Assembly: GCA_963827755.1 (NCBI GenBank)
Contig: CAWHCQ010000014.1
Span: 32,001-96,000, forward strand
DNA: 64,000 nt
From: an uncultured Gammaproteobacteria bacterium
GTDB lineage: Bacteria; Pseudomonadota; Gammaproteobacteria; UBA9214
Reading direction: 5' to 3'
Shown here: positions 24,457 through 34,342 of the stretch, piece by piece
Layout of the letters: each line of letters opens with the position of its first letter
How positions within the stretch are numbered: position 1 is the stretch's first letter
Notes under the pieces: generated by a model
Databases searched by the model: none
Told to the model about the DNA's origin: nothing
The model's input: only the letters and a program-made list of their open reading frames with translations
Translations under genes and position numbers: made by a program

Positions 24457-25778
24457 CGGGCTTCTCCGGCCAGGTAAAGCAGGTTGGCTTGTGATTTGGC
24501 GCGGTCTACGCGGATGCGCAGGGCTTCGAGGCGCACATCCAGGTCGGTGATGCGCGCTCGCATCAGGGTGGTGAATTCGGTCACGCCGCTCTGGTAGGCA
24601 TTCAGCGAGGCAAGCGCATTGGCAGCGGATTCATTCAACAGCTGCGAGTCGTACAGCGCGGCACGTTCACCCAGACGCAGCCAGTTGGCATAGTCCGTGT
24701 CCAGCATCTGCTGCAGTTCACGCAGCGTGTCGTCACGGGTCAGTTGCACGGCCTCGGCCTGCAGAATGCTCGCGGAGAGGCGCTTGTCCTGGCGCTTGTC
24801 CGGGAACACGGGCAGATCCAGCGTGACCATGGCCGCCATCATATCGCTGCGGTCGTCACCGGCCGGGTCGTCACCGAAGCGCTGGCGGTATTCCACCCCG
24901 GCACTCCATCCGGGCTTGTATTGTTCGCGGGCGATCTGTATTGCCCGGTTGCTGGCATCGAGTTTGGCCGTCTCGGAACGGAAAACCGGGTGTAGCGGCA
25001 GTGCGGATGCCAGTTCTTTCTTCGAGGGCAGGGCGGGTAATTCCGGGAATTGCTCGTCAACCGGCAGCAGCGCTGCATCACCAATCCACCTCATCAACAC
25101 GGCACGGGCCTTGTCGGCCTCGTTCAGGATGCGGGTGGTGCGGTCGTCAAGCCGGGATAATTCCAGTGAAGCGCGCAGCACATCCTGCTGGTTGGCGCGG
25201 CCGTTTGCATAATGTGTCCGGGTAATATCCACCAGTTGGGCAAACAGCCTGCGGGTCTTGTGGATAAGCTGTTCCGCCTGCAGCTGGTAGTAGAGTTCCA
25301 GGAACTGGTTGCGCGCATCGCGGACCAGCTTGCGCGTTGTGTTCTCGCTGGACGCCTGTTCGGCATCGGCCATCGATTCGGTCTGCAGCTGTTTGAAATG
25401 CAGGGTCTTTCCACGAGGGAAGGCCTGTACAACACCGAGCCGCAGCTGGGTCGTCGGTTCCCTGTCGATGTCGAAATCATCCAGCGGCAGGTTATACAGA
25501 CCGGTTTTCAGTTTCGGATCGGGCAGCTGTCCGTCTGCGATGGCGGTGTCACCAAGCGCCCGCGCGCGTGCCTCGCTTGCCGCAATGACAGGGTCGGCCA
25601 GCAGTGCCAGGCGTACCACTTCATTGATGTCCAGGCCGGCATGGACGTTGACAGAAAATGCTAACAGTACTGGCAGCACGGATAGCATGACCGTCCGTTT
25701 CAGGTTTGTTTCAGGCCGATTATGTTGCGAGTACGCGGCAGTGCACAGTGACCGGACCGTTCTCCGGGTGTAGGACAT
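24453..25778 (-). CDS. TolC-family outer-membrane efflux protein (CusC-like)
   Basis: LPDPKL motif, helical repeats, position in cus operon, GGAG RBS. Confidence 0.88.
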   Translation of the reverse strand: MSYTRRTVRSLCTAAYSQHNRPETNLKRTVMLSVLPVLLAFSVNVHAGLDINEVVRLALLADPVIAASEARARALGDTAIADGQLPDPKLKTGLYNLPLDDFDIDREPTTQLRLGVVQAFPRGKTLHFKQLQTESMADAEQASSENTTRKLVRDARNQFLELYYQLQAEQLIHKTRRLFAQLVDITRTHYANGRANQQDVLRASLELSRLDDRTTRILNEADKARAVLMRWIGDAALLPVDEQFPELPALPSKKELASALPLHPVFRSETAKLDASNRAIQIAREQYKPGWSAGVEYRQRFGDDPAGDDRSDMMAAMVTLDLPVFPDKRQDKRLSASILQAEAVQLTRDDTLRELQQMLDTDYANWLRLGERAALYDSQLLNESAANALASLNAYQSGVTEFTTLMRARITDLDVRLEALRIRVDRAKSQANLLYLAGEAR

Positions 25779-25862
25779 GATAATTCTCCATAGCCAATCA
25801 GAATAAAAACATCACGCACGGTCACTGCCGGTAATGGCAGTAATCAGCGTAAACAGATTGAA

Positions 25863-26255
25863 CTACAGGGATGCGGGTGGTCGCAGGGGCGGGGTGATGC
25901 TGCGCTCGGGGTAATTGTATAAAAAAACCGGAGTAAGCGGTGCTGCGGGGATGTCGACCGATGCGTTGATAATGCGGGCGGCAGCGGATGCGCCATGGGC
26001 GCAGGCATTGCAGTTTGCTGCATTGCAATCGCTGCCGCAGCAACCGTTGCAGGTATGGCCGGGTTCGCTGTCAGCGCTTTGTGAGTGCAGTATGGTATCT
26101 GTATCAGACGCCTGTGAGTCGTGCTGCATCTGTGCGCAATGGTCTGCTGTATCCACAGGGGCGTTGGCCTGCATGGCCCAGGTCGCACGCAATGGCGCAA
26201 GTGCCAGTGCAAGCATCATCAGGATCAACAGGCCTTTATGCAGCGACGTTTTCAT
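25863..26255 (-). CDS. Small Cys/His-rich exported protein, CopL-like putative metal-binding protein
   Basis: Signal peptide, HCAQMQH, CNGCCGSDCNAANCNACAH, C-terminal PPLRPP; first gene of efflux cluster. Confidence 0.65.
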   Translation of the reverse strand: MKTSLHKGLLILMMLALALAPLRATWAMQANAPVDTADHCAQMQHDSQASDTDTILHSQSADSEPGHTCNGCCGSDCNAANCNACAHGASAAARIINASVDIPAAPLTPVFLYNYPERSITPPLRPPASL

Positions 26256-26472
26256 ATATCTACAGGGTATCCCCGATCTGCTGCCATTATCAAGCAGCGC
26301 TGCTTTAGCTATCGGCAGGGCGAGGCGTGTATTGACTTTAGCGGCCGATGGCAGTTCCCCGAATAGTGATAATATTTTTATAAAAGTTGCATAAACTATT
26401 GTTAATAAATATTAATTAATGGTGATATGGGATCAGGATACCAGACCTGCAGTGTGGCAGTACACCCGGCGC

Positions 26473-26525
26473 AAAAAAATACCCCGGGGCAGATATACGC
26501 TGTTCTGTATATCTGCCACCAGGGT
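26473..26525 (-). terminator. Rho-independent terminator
   Basis: GGCAGATATAC/GTATATCTGCC stem with an A-tract on + (U-tract on -), downstream of the 26562..28742 gene. Confidence 0.7.
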
Positions 26526-26561
26526 GTGTGCAATTACAGGAAACTTCAGATCCTGTTTTTA

Positions 26562-28742
26562 TTAACCATCGATGATCCCGGAGAAGAACTTTGGACCGGC
26601 ACCGAACGGTGGTTGAACCAGGGTGTCATCCGGCGTGTTGTCCGGCTGGCCAATCTGATCGGCCTCGGGTTCCGTGGGATTACCCACGAGGGTCGAATCC
26701 ACCGTTGTCACACGGGGATCGCCGACGCCGAATTGTGTCCCGACAACCTTTCTATCCGTCAGGTTGTCCAGGAACAGGCGCATGGCATGTACCGGGTGCA
26801 GGAAGTTGTTCGGCGCGACCTGCTTGACCATCGGTCCGGTAATGATATTCATGTCGTTGACCGGCATCTCAAGACTGATGGCGCTCTCGTAGTCGGTTCC
26901 ATCGGCAAGCGCAAAGAAGCGGAAATTGGCGCCGCCACCGGTACGGCAAACATCATCCAGAGGATTTCCGTGTCCATAACAGGAGGCGAAGACATAGCGT
27001 TTGCTCAGGTCCAGAGGTTGACCGCCGATTTTTGTTTCGACGACACGGCTGCCCGAACTGCTGAAAGGCCTGTTTTTCAGGTCGATTTTCTGTTCCATGT
27101 TGGCAAGGCCCAGGTACCAGCCACCACGTTGCATAAACACATTGCGGTCGAAAACAGCACCCAGAATCGTGTTCAGGCTGTTCTGGATGGCCTGGCCCGA
27201 GAAGTCCGCAATATTGACGGCGGGTGCGATCGGGAACCATGTGTACAGGTCGCGCAGTGTTATGTCCTGTCCCGGCAGTACCGCGTTACCGAAGCGGAAA
27301 CCGTTGGCCATGGACAGGTCCACACCATTCCAGCCGGGAATCCCGCTGCCGGGTGCAATCGGATCCGTCACTGCCAGGATAGCGTCCGCGATGAAATTAT
27401 TCAGCGTGTCTTCCAGAACGTGATGACGCAACAATAGGGTATCGGTCTCGCCTACAACGGTATCGAGTCCGTCGACGAGCTGCAGACCGCGAGCGTTGGT
27501 GTCGGTGCCAAAACCACCCGGCATGAAGGTATGTGGTACGAAATCAGGGCCGTCGAGGAAGGGCGCCTCGATGGACGCAACCAGCGCCAGCATATCCGTG
27601 TCCTCGTCAATGGAATCATCGACCGGGATATTCTCCCACTGGAAATCGACCACCTTGCCGTTTTTTACCTCCAGGTCGAGTCGGCCGACATACATATCGC
27701 GGTTTGTCTCGACGACAATGGCTGCTCCTTCACGCACGTGCTTGCGTTCACTGTTGGTAGGTGGCAGCCCCGGCGTGGTGCGGATGATCTCCTTATCAGT
27801 AGCCAGGAATGCCCCGAGGGTCGCTTCATGGGTATGCGCCGAGTACATTACGTCAATGTCCCTGAAGCTTTGCGCGATCTTGAGGTTCTGCGGCAGGCCG
27901 AGCTCGGACTGGACCACGATGAGGCAGTCGTAGTTGCAGTCTGGATCATTCTTGACCATCTCGATGATCCCGGGTAGTTCCTCGATGCCCTGGGTAAAAC
28001 GGAAGGTAATATTGAAGGCATCGGCCTGCTGCGGAACGATAGATGCCGTGAGACCGATGACGGCAATCTTGATGCCCTTGCGCTCGATAATCTTGTAGGG
28101 ATCAAGGACCCGCTGCCCCTGAAACATAGCCGGCAAGGGCGCTGCGTTGTAGAGATTGACTGCAACGGCCGGGAAATTTGCCTGGATGATACCCTGGCGT
28201 TCGCTGCAGGTACCTGCCGGAGCCCCGGTGCAATCCTCGTAACCGGCCATTACCGTGATATTGGGTGGCGGCGCCGGGAACGGTGGCCTGGTAGCGAAGC
28301 GGTTGCGGAACACGGCGGCGCCGTAACCGAAGTCCCAGTTACCCGGTGTGAATACGTCGATATCGAAGGTGTTCATCGCCTTCATCATTGCATCGCCGAC
28401 GGTGAACAGAGTCTCGGCACTGCCGTGGGTCAAGTCACCGGCGGAGAGCAGCACACTCCCGTCCGGATTATCCGCGCGGATGTCATCCACGAGCCACTTT
28501 AGCCTTGCCAGGCCGCCGGCATCGGCGACCTGTCGCTCGCTGCCATCGAGTTCGGTGAATACAGCGGCATGCGAGACGAGGGTGCCGTGCAGGTCACCCA
28601 TTTCGATGAGTGTGACAACATTCTTGCCTTTTTTCTTGCCATCTTTCTTGGCATAAGCGAGCCCGGGCGCGCTGGCCAGACTAAAGGATAGTGTGGCGAG
28701 CAGTGCCCACAGAAATCCCGTTTTATGGATTCGTGTAGTCAT
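26562..28742 (-). CDS. Exported metallophosphoesterase/5'-nucleotidase family protein, SoxB-like
   Basis: GDLHG, SAGDLTHGS, PGNWDF and AHTHE metal motifs; C-terminal nucleotidase-like domain with GFRFGNAVLPG and QRGG. Confidence 0.75.
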   Translation of the reverse strand: MTTRIHKTGFLWALLATLSFSLASAPGLAYAKKDGKKKGKNVVTLIEMGDLHGTLVSHAAVFTELDGSERQVADAGGLARLKWLVDDIRADNPDGSVLLSAGDLTHGSAETLFTVGDAMMKAMNTFDIDVFTPGNWDFGYGAAVFRNRFATRPPFPAPPPNITVMAGYEDCTGAPAGTCSERQGIIQANFPAVAVNLYNAAPLPAMFQGQRVLDPYKIIERKGIKIAVIGLTASIVPQQADAFNITFRFTQGIEELPGIIEMVKNDPDCNYDCLIVVQSELGLPQNLKIAQSFRDIDVMYSAHTHEATLGAFLATDKEIIRTTPGLPPTNSERKHVREGAAIVVETNRDMYVGRLDLEVKNGKVVDFQWENIPVDDSIDEDTDMLALVASIEAPFLDGPDFVPHTFMPGGFGTDTNARGLQLVDGLDTVVGETDTLLLRHHVLEDTLNNFIADAILAVTDPIAPGSGIPGWNGVDLSMANGFRFGNAVLPGQDITLRDLYTWFPIAPAVNIADFSGQAIQNSLNTILGAVFDRNVFMQRGGWYLGLANMEQKIDLKNRPFSSSGSRVVETKIGGQPLDLSKRYVFASCYGHGNPLDDVCRTGGGANFRFFALADGTDYESAISLEMPVNDMNIITGPMVKQVAPNNFLHPVHAMRLFLDNLTDRKVVGTQFGVGDPRVTTVDSTLVGNPTEPEADQIGQPDNTPDDTLVQPPFGAGPKFFSGIIDG

Positions 28743-28988
28743 GAAATTTTCCTCGGTGAGATTCAGGTCGTGGTTTCCGGTTGTTGTTTTTTTATCCGGT
28801 AAGAGTGTTTATTTTTGACAGGTAGATTCTAGGCAAAGCATGCCCGCCGGGATATAGGCCGACTTCAGTGACACGGATGGGGAAACCCCTGAAGTAGGAT
28901 AGGGAAAAAACCGATTAGAAAATTATGATGATCTAATATTTGCGCAGAGGCGAGGCGGAATCTTTACAGGGCTTGTTCATAAGTGAGC

Positions 28989-30470
28989 TCAGAATACCCA
29001 GGTAAGCTGGGTCAGAAACCGGTTATCAACGGTGTTGACGATATTCCTGACGTTGCGGGTAATGTCGTCTGCCACGGCCTGGACAGGAAAGATTCCACCC
29101 GGAGCGCTGCCGGCATAGGCACGGGGTGCTTCCACATCCCTGAAGACGTAATTGACTGTGAGCCGCAGCTTGCGGCTGAAATGATAGTTCAAGCCCAGCG
29201 TGATATCGGTGAGTTCGCGCTCGTTGCCCTGGTTGACTGTTCTGGAGGTATCGTACAGCAGGTCATGGCGGTGATAACGCAGGTCAAATTGCCATTTATT
29301 GTTTGGGTAAAAGCCCAGGTCAAGGGTGTACCCGCGTGCCTTGTTGCCATCCTCGGCCGCAATCTGCAGGTTGCCGTTATCAATATTACCTTCAGCAACG
29401 CCGCCCGCCGGCGCGATAAAGATCATGCCATCGGCCTGCATGAGTTCAGCCCCAAGGCGATATTTGTATTCAGGTCCAAACAGCCGGCCCAGCGCCCTGG
29501 CTCCAATACCATAGCGGATACGGTCATAGTCCTTATGTGTCGGGTCTGAACTGAATTCACGTTCCCCGTGCTGGTACCAGCCATAGAATTTTATCCCGTT
29601 GCTATTGACCCCCCATCCGCCGGGCAGGCCATATTCAGCGGAGGTATAGAGATACAGCTCGGGAGTATCGTTGGTGGTATCTGTTTCATGGATGGCTTCC
29701 CCGCGGCCAAGCATGATGGCATATGACAAATCCCAGCCTTTCCTTTTGAAGGAGTCGAACACCTGCAATCCCCAGTCGCGTACGCCATTGGTACCATATG
29801 CGTGATTTTCCGGTACCCCCGGGACGGGTGATGCCGGTGACCCGGCCGGCTTCGCCGCACCCTTGACAAAACGTTCCAGTACTTCGCGAGCGACAAAATC
29901 GGTGAGTTCAACGTAATCGAGGGTATGCACACCCTGCAGGGCCTCTTCCGGCCCCGGTGTTTTGAACAGGCCGGCCCGCAGGCGTGCGCCGGTGACATGG
30001 TTGAATGTCACGCTGAGATGATCGAGGGCAACGGCACGGGCACGATCACCAAAGGGATCGTAGGTCAGCAGGTTCGGCGCTACCTCGAACAGGGTGAAAT
30101 AATTCATCTTCGCGGTGAAAGGGTTGCGCAGCCTGCCGGTGAACAGGCCGCGTACGCCGAACCGGGCGCGACGGACATGAAACCTGTCGCTCTCATCAAA
30201 CCAGGGGGCAACCGAGCTGATCGCGAGGCGTTCGCCATTATTGGCAGAGAAATCCGGCGGTCCCGGTGAATCGGTCAATCCGCTCAGTTTGTCGCTGCTG
30301 TCATGGCTATAGGCAGGCTGGATAAATCCCCAGGTTCGATGGGCGGGGGCGAGGGGATGTTCGGTCCCTTGCAGCACCAGCCAGTTTGCAGCAAGTGCCG
30401 CACCAGGATGTCCATGCAGAAGGTATAAACAGGTGGAAAGGCGAGCAAGCCATTTACAGGTTTGTTTCAT
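28989..30470 (-). CDS. Putative outer-membrane porin
   Basis: Signal peptide, FHVRRARFGVRG, RDWGLQ, amphipathic strands, C-terminal Phe (LTWVF). Confidence 0.75.
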   Translation of the reverse strand: MKQTCKWLARLSTCLYLLHGHPGAALAANWLVLQGTEHPLAPAHRTWGFIQPAYSHDSSDKLSGLTDSPGPPDFSANNGERLAISSVAPWFDESDRFHVRRARFGVRGLFTGRLRNPFTAKMNYFTLFEVAPNLLTYDPFGDRARAVALDHLSVTFNHVTGARLRAGLFKTPGPEEALQGVHTLDYVELTDFVAREVLERFVKGAAKPAGSPASPVPGVPENHAYGTNGVRDWGLQVFDSFKRKGWDLSYAIMLGRGEAIHETDTTNDTPELYLYTSAEYGLPGGWGVNSNGIKFYGWYQHGEREFSSDPTHKDYDRIRYGIGARALGRLFGPEYKYRLGAELMQADGMIFIAPAGGVAEGNIDNGNLQIAAEDGNKARGYTLDLGFYPNNKWQFDLRYHRHDLLYDTSRTVNQGNERELTDITLGLNYHFSRKLRLTVNYVFRDVEAPRAYAGSAPGGIFPVQAVADDITRNVRNIVNTVDNRFLTQLTWVF

Positions 30471-30496
30471 GCGTTTCCGTTCAAAGACCGGATTCT

Positions 30497-31144
30497 TCAG
30501 GGGGTTATGATACCCAGTCGGATGGCAAGGCGTGTAAGGGCGGCGATGTCAGAGACGCCGAGTTTCTTCTTGACGCTGGTACAGTGATGTCCGACGGTTT
30601 TTGGGCTGAGGTTGAGGATTTTCGCGATGTCGTTGACCGACTTGCTGTCAGCGAGAAGATGAAACACCTCGAATTCCCTTGGAGACAAGCTGGAAACTGA
30701 ATCAGTTCCCGGGGCCGATTTTTGTTTTACCAGGTAGGGCATCATTTCCTGACCAACAAACAGTTCTCCTCTGGCAACCTTGCGTACCGCATCAACCATA
30801 ACCTGCGAGGCGCTGCGCTTTGAAATGTAGCCAAGTATCCCGGCATCAAGTGCCCGCTGCAGAAATACCTCGTTCTCGTGCACACTGAAAACCAGTATTT
30901 TCGCAGCAGCGTCTTTTGCCAGTATTCGCCGGCTGGCTTCCAGTCCCCCCATACCCGGCATCGAGAGATCCATCACCACTACATTCGGGTGATATTCGAA
31001 ATAGCCGGTATAGGCTTCCTCTCCGCTTGCCGCTTCCGCTATAACGGCAATCCCGTTTGTTGCTTCAAGCAAACGGCGATACCCGGAACGAACAACCTCG
31101 TGATCGTCCACCAGCAAAACACTGATATTGTTCCCGTTATTCAT
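30497..31144 (-). CDS. NarL/LuxR-family response regulator
   Basis: LVDDHEVVR, VMDLSMPG, LSPREFEV...LSPKTV HTH. Confidence 0.95.
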   Translation of the reverse strand: MNNGNNISVLLVDDHEVVRSGYRRLLEATNGIAVIAEAASGEEAYTGYFEYHPNVVVMDLSMPGMGGLEASRRILAKDAAAKILVFSVHENEVFLQRALDAGILGYISKRSASQVMVDAVRKVARGELFVGQEMMPYLVKQKSAPGTDSVSSLSPREFEVFHLLADSKSVNDIAKILNLSPKTVGHHCTSVKKKLGVSDIAALTRLAIRLGIITP

Positions 31145-32533
31145 CAGAGTATTTTTCGCCTGTCTACGGTTTTTTGACTCTCTTCAGGTATGTTTACAAG
31201 TATCGAAAGACCCTTGCCGGGTTCGGACTCCATGGAAAATTTGCCACCAAGGGCCTCGGCCCGTTCGCGCATCCCGATTAAACCCAGGCCGCTACCTGTT
31301 GCAGACAGGTCCATTCCCTTGCCATTATCTTTGACCCCCAGAACCAGGCCATCCGTGTTGATTGACAAGTCTATTGTAACCCGGGTGGCATCCGCATATT
31401 TTGCAATATTTGTCAGGCATTCCTGAACGATCCGGTAGATTGTGATATTGATTCTTTCTCCCGGGTTGGCAAGTTCGCCCGAGATATTAAACGTACATTT
31501 TGTCTTCGGATTTCTCTCTTGCCAGGCGGAGATTTCCTCCCGCAACGCATCAACCAGTCCGAGATCATCCAGGATGCCGGGGCGAAGCCGCTGCATCATC
31601 GAGTGAACAGTCTCGTAAATACGGGATGAGACTTGCAGGATTGCACTGGAACTGGCTGTGATACGTTCATCGCGCCCTTGTGACAGATCGCGAATGGATT
31701 CCGCATCGGCCTGAATGGCCGTGATGCACTGGCCGAGTTCATCATGCAGCTCACGCGCGAGGTGCTTGCGTTCCTCTTCCTGTACTGCCAGCGAGGTATG
31801 CACCAGTTGGCGGTTTTCCGCCAGTAATTTGCTTGCTTTTTTCTCCGCTTTTTCCAGCTGCTGCGAGCGGCTCGACACCTCGGTCACCATTTTGTTGAAG
31901 GCCCTGGCAGTCATGCCGACCTCATCCGCAGTCTCTACAGGTATATTTATCGAGTAGTTTCCACCCCCCACCTGTTGGGCTGCGTTTGACAATGCCCCAA
32001 GCCTGCGAGTCAGGCCCAGCCCGAGAAGAACGGTGACGATGACGGTTAGCAGTATTTCTATCGCTGCAATCGAAATTCCGCGCAAGCGCGATTTCTGGAT
32101 GGCCTCTTCCATGAGTGAAAGAGAAAATCCCATCAACACCTTGCCCATCGGTTGAGCGGCGACTGTGATCTCGCTGGACGTGTCGAACACACCATCCGTA
32201 ACCTGGGCCGGGTGCGTGTCAATAATCGGCCGGGTTGCCCGCGGTGCAGAACCCAGCGTAATGACGGCACTGTCATCCCGGTCGAGAATAACCAGGTATG
32301 CAAGTTCCTTATAGCCCATTACCTTTTCCAGGTAATCGCTGCAGGGTTGCGTAATCCACTGCTACCATGTAATTACCGGAAGTGTTGGCTATTTGCCGGA
32401 TCATGCTGGACGCCGTATCCCTTAACCGATCAGTGTGCGTCGTGTGGATGATGGTGATGTTATTCCATACCAGCAGCGACAACATGACGATCTCGATGGT
32501 AACTACGCTTGCGATCAGGCGAAATCTGAGTGA
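31144..32533 (-). CDS. HAMP-HisKA_3 sensor histidine kinase; extends upstream through a 1-base frameshift at about 32338
   Basis: EEERKHLARELHDELGQ, RIVQECLTN, DNGKG, GLGLIGMRER; N-terminal TM (SLRFRLIASVVTIEIVMLSLLVW) lies in the adjacent frame. Confidence 0.85.
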
Positions 32534-32941
32534 GGGTACAACGATGACTGCCCACATTTCCGGTGAATCAATGCTGGCAATCAGACGATAACCTGCCTTA
32601 CGGTGCGCCTGGGTGTAAAAATGGGGCGCGGTAAAGAGAATATCATAACGGGTTTCTTCATGGGTTCGTCGTGCGAATTCAACAAAATCGGGGGCGGTTT
32701 CAATCCTGACCGGGACCTGCAATTTTCCAGAGAGATAGTCTGCAAGTGGAGAAAACTGGTAGACCAGTTGTTCGATACTGATAAAAGGAAGTATGCCGAA
32801 CACGAGGGGGCCTGCATCCTGGCAGTTTGTTTTGTAGTACGGCGCAGCGTTTATGAAAGAGCAGTACAGAAGAAGAAAACAGGAGGCAATGGCAGACGGA
32901 CTAAAACATCTGAAAAACAGGATTCTGGATAGCGTTTGCAT
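32534..32941 (-). pseudogene. Truncated PhnD-like (phosphate/phosphonate-type) periplasmic binding protein, N-terminal half
   Basis: LVFGILPF...FSPLADYL...ETAPDFVEF...YDILFTAPHF...AVIVVP, then runs directly into kinase sequence; start uncertain. Confidence 0.65.
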
Positions 32942-33045
32942 ACGCACTGACTTCAGGCGCATGGCATATGCTGGCCCGGGCATGGTTACCGAACGCTGAG
33001 AATGACCCAACCTGGCGTTCAAGCCAGGTTGGTCTGCCTGGAAGA

Positions 33046-33249
33046 TCAATCCTTGAGGACGAACGAGACCTTCATATTGACCCGGTATTCCGTGATCTTG
33101 CCGTCATTTATGACAACTTTCTGTTCCTGTATCCACGCGCCATGGATGTTATCGAGTGTCTTGGCAGCACGCTTGATACCGGTCTGAATGGCATCTTCGA
33201 AGCTCTTCTTTGAGGATGATGTGATTTCTGTAACTTTTGCAATTGACAT
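33046..33249 (-). CDS. Dodecin-family protein
   Basis: MSIAKVTEITSSSKKSFEDAIQTGIKRAAKTL...YRVNMKVSF; AGGAG RBS. Confidence 0.9.
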   Translation of the reverse strand: MSIAKVTEITSSSKKSFEDAIQTGIKRAAKTLDNIHGAWIQEQKVVINDGKITEYRVNMKVSFVLKD

Positions 33250-33305
33250 GCCTGTTCTCCTGTTTTTAATGATGGTTTTTTCGGTAGTGATATTCAATTC
33301 AACGA

Positions 33306-33860
33306 CTAAAGGCAGACCAGTCTCAGGAACTCTGACCGGGTACTGGAATGATCCCGGAACGACCCGAGCATCATGGATGTTGTCATTACGGAGTTCTGTT
33401 TCTCGACTCCGCGCATCTTCATGCAGAGATGTTCCGCCTCGATAATGACGCCTACACCGGCGGGTTTGATTGCCTCCATCAGTGTATCTGCAATCTGCTT
33501 GGTCAGATTCTCCTGTATTTGCAGGCGGCGTGCGAACATGTCAACAATTCGCGCGATCTTTGACAGGCCTATGACCTTGCCGGTCGGGATATAGGCAACA
33601 TGACACTTGCCTATGAAAGGCAACAGATGATGTTCGCAAAGGGAATACAGTTCGATGTCTTTTACCAGGATCATCTCGTCGTTATCAGACTCGAAAATGG
33701 CATTGTTGACGACCTCGTCAATTGTCTGCTGATATCCGCGTGTAAGGTACTCAAGCGCCCTGGCGGCCCGCTCGGGTGTTTTGAGCAGTCCCTCACGTGC
33801 CGGATCCTCTCCAATATCCCTGAGAATATTTTTATACAGTGCTGTCAAGTCAGAACTCAT
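33306..33860 (-). CDS. folE: GTP cyclohydrolase I
   Basis: [42 protein letters not shown]. Confidence 0.97.
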   Translation of the reverse strand: MSSDLTALYKNILRDIGEDPAREGLLKTPERAARALEYLTRGYQQTIDEVVNNAIFESDNDEMILVKDIELYSLCEHHLLPFIGKCHVAYIPTGKVIGLSKIARIVDMFARRLQIQENLTKQIADTLMEAIKPAGVGVIIEAEHLCMKMRGVEKQNSVMTTSMMLGSFRDHSSTRSEFLRLVCL

Positions 33861-34342
33861 TTACCACCACCTGCTTGCCTTTGTGTTACGAGTCTAATCA
33901 CGCGGACCCGTGTTCATACCATTATGGCCCTGCATTCATCGTCTGCCGCAGCTGTTCCTTGTGCATTTTTACGGATGACATTTTTGTATCATGAAGCCCT
34001 GAACGATGTTAATCAATCCCGGCCGGTATCGCAGTGAGCTTATTCTGCCTGGCAGCAGGTCTGTTTCTGCCATCCGCTGTTTCAGCAGTGCCTGCAAATA
34101 TACTGTCATGAGCAACTGGTTCTTCAGAAGTTGTCACTATCACTGAGGAGACCCGGCCCCGGCTATTAACCACAATAAATTAATGGTATTTAGAGTGATA
34201 TCCGGCACACCACAATATTCATATGCTAGAATCACGCTCCCGTACATACGGGAAGAATTATAATGTCGACAGTAAAAATATTTCGCATCAGAAACAACGA
34301 ATTAACTATGGATTCAATAATCATCAACGGGAGTATTCATCT

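Noticed and set aside
26427-27437. 336-aa plus-strand ORF
   Set aside because: Antisense to the SoxB-like gene, with no recognizable motifs.
26562-28742. Calling this gene soxB
   Set aside because: No Tat motif or sox neighbours, and it is divergent; only family-level similarity is supportable.
28862-28912. Imperfect inverted repeat (ACTTCAG...CTGAAGT, GGGGAAACCCC) upstream of the hydrolase
   Set aside because: Could be a regulator site or weak terminator, but it is too short to support without comparative data.
34003-34016. FNR-like site ACGAT-GTTA-ATCAA upstream of folE
   Set aside because: Two mismatches in one half-site; plausible by chance.
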